This document shows positions 9,014 through 16,664 of a stretch of DNA of 32,000 nucleotides, piece after piece. The first letter of the stretch is position 1. Every line of letters starts with the position of its first letter. This stretch comes from Halovivax gelatinilyticus (GTDB lineage Archaea; Halobacteriota; Halobacteria; Halobacteriales; Natrialbaceae), in assembly GCF_024300625.1 (NCBI RefSeq), contig NZ_CP101322.1:43992-75991 (forward strand), read 5' to 3'. The position numbers and the translations under genes are program-made. The notes below the pieces were generated by a model. That model made no database searches. It was not told where the DNA came from and saw only the letters and a program-made list of their open reading frames with translations.

Positions 9014-12000
9014 CAGTCCTCACCCCCGCTCTCGTCGGCTCCATCGCGAGTTGGAACGCCACACAAATCACGGAAGGAGCACCCCTCACAGCCACCATTA
9101 TTGACAAACTCCTCGCTTACTGCGTACGTCACGGTTTCGTTCTCGGGCGTCATCGAGTCGAGCAGTTCTTCGAGCTCTTCACGCCACATGTCGGTCCGTT
9201 TCTCGAAGATGGTGGATCCGTTCGTTCGGACGTATTGTTCGTGAGGAACGAGTTCGATGTCGTCACCCAGGAGAAAGCCCTGCCGGCCGTTCGGACCGCT
9301 GGCATAGCGGTCGAGGAGGAACGCACCACCAGCCTCATCGATGGCGCTTGCTCTCGCCCGCGTGTCGATGGAATGCTTCGTCGGGATGGAACACTGATCG
9401 AGCCGTTCGCACGACCAGCACACTCTCTCCGCTCGTTCTGGTCGGAGCGTTCCGGTCCAGCAGTGTTTAAGGGCCGCCCGAGCCCCGCCCTGTCTTCCGC
9501 TCTGAAAGACAGGCACTGGGTCGTCGATGTCGGAGATTGTGTCGACTCTATGTGGTGGGATTACGAGCTTGTGGTCACCGACCTCGACGCGCTGCTCTCC
9601 GCGCCAGGACCAGGACCGATCGATCCCGGACTCGAGTTCCTGAGTGACGGTCAGATATTCGCCGACGAGCGCCTGGAACACGGATTCGTCGAGTTCGTCA
9701 TCCTCCCCGAGCCACATCTCGAAGTCGGATCGGAGCGCGGCGACGTCGTCGTAAGCACCGAGATCCGCCTGTCTATTCGGCAAGTGCGTCGTCACAAGCT
9801 GCTCGACCGCTCTGCGGTACGACGGAGGCACGTAGTGGTTTCCCACCACCGCTGGCACCGTCGGATACAATTCGCGTGCGTAGGGCGACTCCTCTTCCGG
9901 CCAGTCATCCCTGTTAAGCTCGGGGCCGTCGCGAGCGACGAGGAACTGATAAAAGTAGTACTTTAGATCACACTGTCCCATCAGATCGACCTCGTGTGGT
10001 CGGATCGGCGCGCCGACGACATCCGCGAGGGACAGGTCGCCCTCGAACGCCGGCTCGTCGGCCGATACCGTGACCGTCGTCTTCGGGTGGCGGAATCGCT
10101 CGCGCCGCGGAGCGATCTGGGAACGGTAGACTGGACCGTCGGCGTTCGACAACAGGCGAATCGCATCGGTCTCCGATTCGATCGCTCCGTCGCTCGGGCG
10201 GAAAACGGCTCCGGTAGAGTCGCGTTCACAGTGGTACGAAAGAAGGCGAAGGCGATCTCTCATCGGTCCTGTATCGGTTACGTCCGCCCGGTCCCGATGG
10301 TGCGTCTCGGACGGGAGCCAGTGGCTCTGTCGCACACGTTCGTACCCGCGGTCAGCTTCGTCGAGGACGTCCGTTAGCGATGCCACGAACGGCGACCAAG
10401 AGACTCGGTCGCCGGACGAGTCACGGGCGTGCCGACTGATCGTAATCCCTTCCGTGGCCGTACGAACCGCTGCTTCGTAGTCGTCGAGTTCCCGCCGATA
10501 CATCGCCTCCCCGCCGGGGAGGTATAACGGCGATGCATCCGTGGGACCCTCTGACGCGTACTGCTGGACGGTCTGGGAGAGCGCGTCGTGAAGAAAGGTC
10601 GGCGTTGGATGTTGTGCCGGGAACTCACCAGCTCCGACGCCGAGTAAGTATGCGCGTTTCGCCGATAGGAAGTAGGTGTTCGCCGGAATGACGACTCGAA
10701 CGGCGTTACCATCGGCATTGGAAGTAGCGTATTGGCTGCGACCGACAACGTCTCCGAGCGCCTGAGCGGCGAGATCCCACCCTGGTTCGGCAAGATCGAG
10801 ATCACGAAGGTAATCGTAGTACGAACCGACGCCGGCAAGCTCGTCGGCGACGCGCTCGGCGAGGTGAGACGGGTGCTTTCGGATGACGTCCGTGCGCGTT
10901 GTATCGACGCCGGGACCGCCCGACCTGCGGACTGGAGCGTCAGCTACGTGAACGACGTGTTGTTGGCACAGCCCGTCCAGGAGTGTCGTCACCTCCTCGC
11001 CCTTAACAGGGGCGCTCTCAGCCCGTTCGAGTGCCCAGGAGAGGAAGTAAACAACTTGTCGCCAAACCTCGCTCTCACCTTCCCGTTCGAGAGCCGATTT
11101 TCGCCACTCATCGACGGTACGTCGCTCTAATCTGGCGCCGGTAGTTATGGCGTGGAGACGCTCCTCGAGTAGGAGGAACGAAGCGTCGTCGAGGGGCCAG
11201 TCGCCGGGTGCGTCCTCGAGCGGGCAGAATCCGAGCCTGAGCGGGTCGACAACGTCGTGGTACGATACCGCATCGCCTTTGGCCGCCGCTGCGATGAGAT
11301 CGACGGTCGCCTTTAAAAATCGGTACGCGACCACCTGCGCGAGCGGCCGGTCCGATTCGATGTGGTACGGCAGTCCGTACGTGGTGAATACGTCATCGAT
11401 GATCGCCTCGTACTCGCGCGTCTCCCGTGGGATGACGAGATGCTCACCGGGAGTCACCGAACCCTCGCGGACGTTCGAGGCGATATCCCGTGCGACGCGT
11501 TCGACCTCTCGACGTCGGTCTGGAGCGTCCAAAAAGCGAACTTCGTCAGGAATCCCGTCCGGACGCGAGCCTTCGACGGCGGCCTCTACGAGATTCTCCG
11601 CAAAGAAGGAAGTATTCGAGGACTCCAACGAGGCAATCCTTACGTCGATACCCGTACGTCGGAATCTATCCGCGAGTCGCTCCCGGGAGCCTACGCCGAA
11701 AAAGAAACGAAGTTCGGGTCCGTCCTCGAGGTCGTCGAGCTCGCGGAAGAATCTGAGCATCGTATTGTCAACCGATTTTATCGTTCCGACTGCAACCCAC
11801 TCGACGTCACCGAAATGCCGATTCCACTCCTCTTGGAGCACGTCTCGGGCCGCCCGCGTCAGATGCGATTCTGAAAGGAATACCTCTGGTGGGAGGGGAT
11901 CGGTTCTGTCACGGAGAACGGCGGTCAGCGCGGCAAGCCCGGCCAACGCTCGCTTATTTCGGTGACACGCAAAGGGATCATCCAACCGGGCCGTCGCTTC

Positions 12001-12444
12001 GGCAAGTCGTTCGTGATCGTTGCCGGCATCGGTCGCGCGCCAATATCGATCCAGCTCGGTTCCGAGCGTTTCGTATAGTTCATCATCCCACGTATCCCCG
12101 ATCGATCCAATTAACGCGCGGAGTGCCGTGGGAGCGTCCTCCGCTTGCGCGTCTTCGACGACGCTCCGGAGAAGGCGCTCGGCAACGCGTTGATTCAGGA
12201 TACGCGGATCGCCATTATATCGCTGATCGAGCAGGCTTCGCGAGACGCTCTGAAGCGTCTCGTATTCCGCGACCTGACTCGGTTGAACGCCGCGTTCGAT
12301 CAGTCCCTCTCGAAGGTTCCGCATTGAACGCGCCCCGACGAGCAAACAAAGACCGTTTCCGGAATCGCCAACTGACCGGGGCTGGTCTTCCGCCTTTTCC
12401 CTAAGATACTGAAGTAAAGACCCGGCAGAGACCAGTGTCGCCAT
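9010..12444 (-). CDS. AddB-like partner subunit: degenerate helicase-like N-terminus plus C-terminal Cys-rich RecB/Cas4-type nuclease region
   Basis: 1144-aa ORF with an ATG start at 12444. I see no Walker A motif. The C-terminal part has GQCDLKYYFYQFL (compare CPRRYQY in the neighbour), HRVDTISDIDD, CWSCERLDQC and GGCEGCSFRDLC. Its stop overlaps the start of the UvrD-like gene at 9010-9013, and the size and order match AddB-AddA pairs. Confidence 0.7.
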   Translation of the reverse strand: MATLVSAGSLLQYLREKAEDQPRSVGDSGNGLCLLVGARSMRNLREGLIERGVQPSQVAEYETLQSVSRSLLDQRYNGDPRILNQRVAERLLRSVVEDAQAEDAPTALRALIGSIGDTWDDELYETLGTELDRYWRATDAGNDHERLAEATARLDDPFACHRNKRALAGLAALTAVLRDRTDPLPPEVFLSESHLTRAARDVLQEEWNRHFGDVEWVAVGTIKSVDNTMLRFFRELDDLEDGPELRFFFGVGSRERLADRFRRTGIDVRIASLESSNTSFFAENLVEAAVEGSRPDGIPDEVRFLDAPDRRREVERVARDIASNVREGSVTPGEHLVIPRETREYEAIIDDVFTTYGLPYHIESDRPLAQVVAYRFLKATVDLIAAAAKGDAVSYHDVVDPLRLGFCPLEDAPGDWPLDDASFLLLEERLHAITTGARLERRTVDEWRKSALEREGESEVWRQVVYFLSWALERAESAPVKGEEVTTLLDGLCQQHVVHVADAPVRRSGGPGVDTTRTDVIRKHPSHLAERVADELAGVGSYYDYLRDLDLAEPGWDLAAQALGDVVGRSQYATSNADGNAVRVVIPANTYFLSAKRAYLLGVGAGEFPAQHPTPTFLHDALSQTVQQYASEGPTDASPLYLPGGEAMYRRELDDYEAAVRTATEGITISRHARDSSGDRVSWSPFVASLTDVLDEADRGYERVRQSHWLPSETHHRDRADVTDTGPMRDRLRLLSYHCERDSTGAVFRPSDGAIESETDAIRLLSNADGPVYRSQIAPRRERFRHPKTTVTVSADEPAFEGDLSLADVVGAPIRPHEVDLMGQCDLKYYFYQFLVARDGPELNRDDWPEEESPYARELYPTVPAVVGNHYVPPSYRRAVEQLVTTHLPNRQADLGAYDDVAALRSDFEMWLGEDDELDESVFQALVGEYLTVTQELESGIDRSWSWRGEQRVEVGDHKLVIPPHRVDTISDIDDPVPVFQSGRQGGARAALKHCWTGTLRPERAERVCWSCERLDQCSIPTKHSIDTRARASAIDEAGGAFLLDRYASGPNGRQGFLLGDDIELVPHEQYVRTNGSTIFEKRTDMWREELEELLDSMTPENETVTYAVSEEFVNNGGCEGCSFRDLCGVPTRDGADESGGEDW

Positions 12445-12535
12445 CGTGACAGTCGTGGAGGACCAGCAACATCAAAGTACCGTCGGCCTATTCCTTTATC
12501 CGGTTATTCTGGAACGGAATCGGACTATTACGACC

Positions 12536-14542
12536 TTATTGGGTGTCCACCGGACTGGTCGCACGGTCGTCCAGGTAGTCCAATAATTCTTGAATGTTGT
12601 CATTCCTGAAAAACTCGGTGAGCTGTAATGCCTGGGGAGATTCAGGAAATACCACTCCTTGACCGTATTCGTCAAACGCGTCCTCGATAACTCGCCTGTA
12701 CGTTTTGCTCGTCACGTAACCAATAATCTCGTCGAATTGATCGCCGTAGCGTTCGAGGTACTGTGAGACGCGACCGGTGACCAATTCGATCTGATCGGTG
12801 TCCTCTTTCGCGAGAACGTAATCATACTCCAATATTGGCTGTTCTCGCTCGAACTCTTCGGGCACGGGTCCGTACATTCCCGAAATTGTAACTTTATGTA
12901 CGGCTTCGCTCAGAGACCCAAGTTTATCGAACAAGATTGAATGAGTCCGCGAACGCGAGTAGGGCTTTTGCTGGCTGCACGGGACAAATAGAAGGATGTC
13001 TTTCTCCCTAGGAGGCTCGTACGATTGGGTGCTAACGTTGAAATCGTTCGGACTATGTTTGAGCGAGATTTGACGCGTGCCAACGGATTCGTCGATTCCG
13101 GCACCCCACTTGGAGAGCTTCGACTGATCGCTCGCCAACGTTGAACCTGGGAGGAGATCGTACGCGCCACGGGACTCGAGTACGTTTTTAAGTCGTTTGT
13201 TTCGAAGTTGAGCCTGCTTGAGCCCGCGCTTGATGTCATCGTGTTCTCTTGCAAACTCAACAACGTACTCTAGCAGTCGTCCCTCTCGAATAGCCCCGCG
13301 GACGCGTCCGAGTTCCTCATTGTACACTTCGAAGTTGTGCCGAGCAAGGAGCGCATAGTAATCACTTTTGATATTTTTCCCGTTCTCTTTTCTACGCTGT
13401 CGTTGCTCGTAGCTCAGATCGGTGTTGAGTTCTTTGACCAACCGGTCATAACTCACACCCCCATCTGAACACAGGAGACAATTCGGGAGATCGCACGGAT
13501 AACTTCTGTCCGGTCCTAGGTACTGATCTAGATCAGATAGTTTATGAGTCGTCCATGTCTCAGGATGGAGATACTTTTTATACTGTGCAGTATGCATGTG
13601 GGTTGAACAGTCAAACGTATCGACACCAAGAAGGGAGAGCAGGCCAACCTGTTTTCCACCCACACCGAAAACGTGGAGGCCGATTTCGTCCGAACGGGCT
13701 TCCGGAATAGCGTCTTTTGCTCCCTGAACGATATCCACCAATACATCGATACTATCTCGAAGCGGAACGAGCGATCCTACGGCAAATCCTTGGAACGAAC
13801 TGTCGATATCGAGTTTGTCGACACGATCGAGAAAGTTCCCAACGTACCAATTGACCGTTTCGTAATCGTGTCCGTGAAGCGCGACATATACGCTCGGCTC
13901 GTCACCAGCCGCCTGCCGCTCTCGCAAGTGATCCGCTGCGCGGCTGTTGATCGGGAACTCATCGTCGAGGAGATTTGGTTTATCGAGAAGGCGGAGACAT
14001 TCCACTGCGCTATCTATACTCCGATTCATCCGCTCAACTTTCTCTTCTTCTTTAAGATTCGGTGGAATTGGATAATCGAGGGTCGCAACTATGTCGGCCC
14101 CAAAGTCGAGCTGTAGACCGAGTATGCTTTTTGGGTCCGTGTAAAGTCCCCACTCGTTTGGGACACCGCCCTTCTCTGGAGCCTCGCCAAATGTGTTGGA
14201 ATTCATCAGCTTGAAACCGCCAGAATCGATGAAGATGGGGGCGTCGAGACGGTTGAAGCGCTCGTGAAATGTCTTTGGTCTCCAAAAGTCATTCAGATTG
14301 TTCGGAGATACGCCGTAGTCGGTGAAGCTCATCGCCTGAAACATTATCCCTTGAAGATGCTCCTTGTCGATGAGCTTATCCCGCATTCGACGCCAGACAC
14401 CGCCGGACTTCTCAGTAGTACCGCCGATAAGATTGACGACCGGGAACAATGCAGGCGTCTCTACGGGGCCGTGCGTCACATCTAATTCCCCTAGGCGGCC
14501 AAAACCGTCATCACCCACCGTCTTCACCCGAAAGGACGCCAT
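12536..14542 (-). CDS. TGT-family paralog with a C-terminal ArcS-type (PC-x3-KPY) domain; ArcS-like but without a recognisable PUA domain
   Basis: N-terminal TGT core: ETPALFPVVN, IFIDSGGF, ALHGHDY, FAVGSLVP, LHVFGVGG..LGVDTFDCSTH. The zinc site is an unusual C-x4-C-x2-C (CDLPNCLLC, 13469-13495). At 12941-12982 the C-terminal domain reads PCSQQKPYSRSRTH, which is PC-x3-KPY-x2-S-x2-H, followed by VTISGMYGPVPEEFE..PILEYDY (12818-12892). Confidence 0.85.
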   Translation of the reverse strand: MASFRVKTVGDDGFGRLGELDVTHGPVETPALFPVVNLIGGTTEKSGGVWRRMRDKLIDKEHLQGIMFQAMSFTDYGVSPNNLNDFWRPKTFHERFNRLDAPIFIDSGGFKLMNSNTFGEAPEKGGVPNEWGLYTDPKSILGLQLDFGADIVATLDYPIPPNLKEEEKVERMNRSIDSAVECLRLLDKPNLLDDEFPINSRAADHLRERQAAGDEPSVYVALHGHDYETVNWYVGNFLDRVDKLDIDSSFQGFAVGSLVPLRDSIDVLVDIVQGAKDAIPEARSDEIGLHVFGVGGKQVGLLSLLGVDTFDCSTHMHTAQYKKYLHPETWTTHKLSDLDQYLGPDRSYPCDLPNCLLCSDGGVSYDRLVKELNTDLSYEQRQRRKENGKNIKSDYYALLARHNFEVYNEELGRVRGAIREGRLLEYVVEFAREHDDIKRGLKQAQLRNKRLKNVLESRGAYDLLPGSTLASDQSKLSKWGAGIDESVGTRQISLKHSPNDFNVSTQSYEPPREKDILLFVPCSQQKPYSRSRTHSILFDKLGSLSEAVHKVTISGMYGPVPEEFEREQPILEYDYVLAKEDTDQIELVTGRVSQYLERYGDQFDEIIGYVTSKTYRRVIEDAFDEYGQGVVFPESPQALQLTEFFRNDNIQELLDYLDDRATSPVDTQ

Positions 14543-14607
14543 TGAATCAACAAAGGATACAGAATCGTTCCAGATAGACTCTTCGTTATCGCCGCTTCGA
14601 AATACGG

Positions 14608-15093
14608 CTAATCAGGATCCGTCACCGATTGGATTTGATCTGATATCTGGACAGTTGTGTACTCTGCGGCCTCAGTCCAGGAACTCTGCCATTCGTTTCC
14701 TTGTTTCGGCGGCTCCAGCGGAAATTCTACTGGATGATACGAGAGGTCGTCAATAGCCCCCGCTGCGATGGCTCCGACGAACTCCGCATTTTTCCGTTTC
14801 GATGAAACACCACCGCTAGCCAAGTCATAATAATTTGTGAATATTTGTGCGACGAGTACGATATCTACGTCAGTTCTTTCGTTGGTAAGATGACGGAAAA
14901 TCTTCGCAGAATTGTCGGCAGGATCAGCTCGCCTCCACTCCAATTCCAAGAGCACGAGCAGTTTGTCGTTTTCTCCACCGATGTCTACCGGTGTTCCGGC
15001 TAGATCATATTCAGTCTGCCATGACAAGCTAGTATTCGATTCACTGAGTCGGTTGTATATGTACGTCTGTACCTTCGAAGCAAATTCACCCAT
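14608..15093 (-). CDS. Small hypothetical protein, possible PD-(D/E)xK (restriction-endonuclease-like) fold
   Basis: The ORF sits between the GHKL ATPase and the ArcS-like gene. TPVDIGGENDKLLVLLELEWRR has the hydrophobic-D ... hydrophobic-E-x-E/K spacing of REase folds, without a clean K. The ATG at 15093 lies 5 nt after the upstream stop. The track's TTG at 15102 would overlap that stop. Confidence 0.5.
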   Translation of the reverse strand: MGEFASKVQTYIYNRLSESNTSLSWQTEYDLAGTPVDIGGENDKLLVLLELEWRRADPADNSAKIFRHLTNERTDVDIVLVAQIFTNYYDLASGGVSSKRKNAEFVGAIAAGAIDDLSYHPVEFPLEPPKQGNEWQSSWTEAAEYTTVQISDQIQSVTDPD

Positions 15094-15098
15094 GTCGA

Positions 15099-16664
15099 TC
15101 AATCGTCGGCGACGGCTCGCGGTGACATTGGTTCAATGTGGTGGCTGAGTGGCAATATCTCGACATAGGTAGGGTTCTCATCCCCGTAAAGTAGGCCGTT
15201 TTCCTCTAGATCAATCTCGATGTCTTCGCCGAGATACCCTTGCCGTTCGTATTCTCGTAACACCACCGGGTCCCCGTGATCCCAGCAAATTATGAGATCT
15301 ACTTCCTCGAACGTCAGCTCCTCATTGAAGTGATTTGTCAATGAACAGTGAACAGCCGCATTGCGAAGTTTCCCGTTCTGACGTGCAATCGCGTGTACGT
15401 CCGAATCCGGCTCGTAATCTTCGACAGAAATCTGTCCTGGTAAGGTATTCTCGTTCTCCCGTGCGAGCGTGAGTAGGACCTCAGTTCGATTCGATGGCTC
15501 ACCGGAGTCCCCCGATTCCACGCGCTCTCGTCGGAGCTTGAGTGAGGCACGGCGGTTCCGAGCTCGGCGTTTAATCTCCGCTTCTCGTCGGATTTCAAGA
15601 TATTCTTTGAACCACGGATCTTGTGCCACTTTCGATAGATGAAATTCGGTCGCTTCTTTGAGCGCCTGGAACACAGGGCTCGATTTATTTCGAATCGTTT
15701 CACGATTGGCTGATAATTCGATATCTTGGCAGTTCACAACAAAGAAGAAGTGAAGGAATTCATTGTCATGAGAGATTGCCTCGTTCAGCCGTTCAACCTT
15801 GATGTGATCCTTTGCAAGCCAGACACCGAACTGTGCGGAATGCTTTCCATAGGTAGGAAGCTCGTTTCGAGCGGCTTTCCCACCGACCATTCCAGTGATG
15901 TGGAGCGTCGTCGTGCCACCATCGTAATCGGCTTCGACCTCTGTCGGTCCGTAGTGTTTACACATTCGCTCGGCAGGGAAATCTGACGAGTAATCGGGCT
16001 CAAGTTGTTCGTTCGGGAACTCAAGTCGGTTCTTCGTCTCAACTTCCGGATATGAATCGTCTATTTCGTCACCAAGACGAACAGTGATGTCCATTTCGTG
16101 CTGATCGTCCTCGAACATGTGTGCCGTCGAGCCGGCGATAGTTTTCCACTTTAGATAATGTTCGATCTTATTATAAGTGAGTGATTCCGGATCGAATCCC
16201 TGACCGGATCGGAAATTGTGGATTCTGATCCTCGTTCCCTTGTGAAGATTGCTTACAGGTGTTTCAGTGACTTCGTACTCAGGAAGTACCCGGTTGTTAA
16301 GTTTTTTCCAAGGGTCACTCATCACCGCCCGGAGGTTGGTGCCATCATGGACGGTATTGACGACGATCTCATCGCTTTTGTAGAATATTTTCGTCCCATG
16401 ACCTTTGTACCCTATCGAATCCGTCTTGCGCGAATTCCCCAAATCGAAAAAGGATTCGAGGTCACGGAGGTCCATGCCGTCTCCATCGTCATCGATGATG
16501 ATGTCAGAGCCCATCTCTCGACTTTTAATCTCGATTTCAATATTTGAAGCATTTGCATCGTACGAGTTCGATAGCGATTCCCGGATTACCTCAAGCGGGT
16601 CCTCGAAGTCGCTCGCAATTTCGAGGAACTCGTTCACTTCGTTGACCTTTGGAGCTTTTTTCAT
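15099..16664 (-). CDS. GHKL (Bergerat-fold) ATPase, HATPase_c_3 / prokaryotic MORC-like
   Basis: IRESLSNSYDANAS is the N-box E-x3-N-x2-D-A, DDDGDGMD is D-x-G-x-G (both within 16476-16580), and GYKGHGTK is the G2 box. There is a basic coiled segment (REAEIKRRARNRRASLKLRRER). An ATGA overlap with the upstream TGT gene at 16661-16664 was checked. Confidence 0.85.
   Translation of the reverse strand: MKKAPKVNEVNEFLEIASDFEDPLEVIRESLSNSYDANASNIEIEIKSREMGSDIIIDDDGDGMDLRDLESFFDLGNSRKTDSIGYKGHGTKIFYKSDEIVVNTVHDGTNLRAVMSDPWKKLNNRVLPEYEVTETPVSNLHKGTRIRIHNFRSGQGFDPESLTYNKIEHYLKWKTIAGSTAHMFEDDQHEMDITVRLGDEIDDSYPEVETKNRLEFPNEQLEPDYSSDFPAERMCKHYGPTEVEADYDGGTTTLHITGMVGGKAARNELPTYGKHSAQFGVWLAKDHIKVERLNEAISHDNEFLHFFFVVNCQDIELSANRETIRNKSSPVFQALKEATEFHLSKVAQDPWFKEYLEIRREAEIKRRARNRRASLKLRRERVESGDSGEPSNRTEVLLTLARENENTLPGQISVEDYEPDSDVHAIARQNGKLRNAAVHCSLTNHFNEELTFEEVDLIICWDHGDPVVLREYERQGYLGEDIEIDLEENGLLYGDENPTYVEILPLSHHIEPMSPRAVADD

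Noticed and set aside
9150-12404. Antisense and off-frame ORFs within the AddB-like gene (e.g. 9235..9966, 11147..11965, 11889..12404, 10374..10838)
   Set aside because: Same reasoning. They are shadow ORFs of a GC-rich gene with biased R/S/P composition, and no independent start context or motifs.
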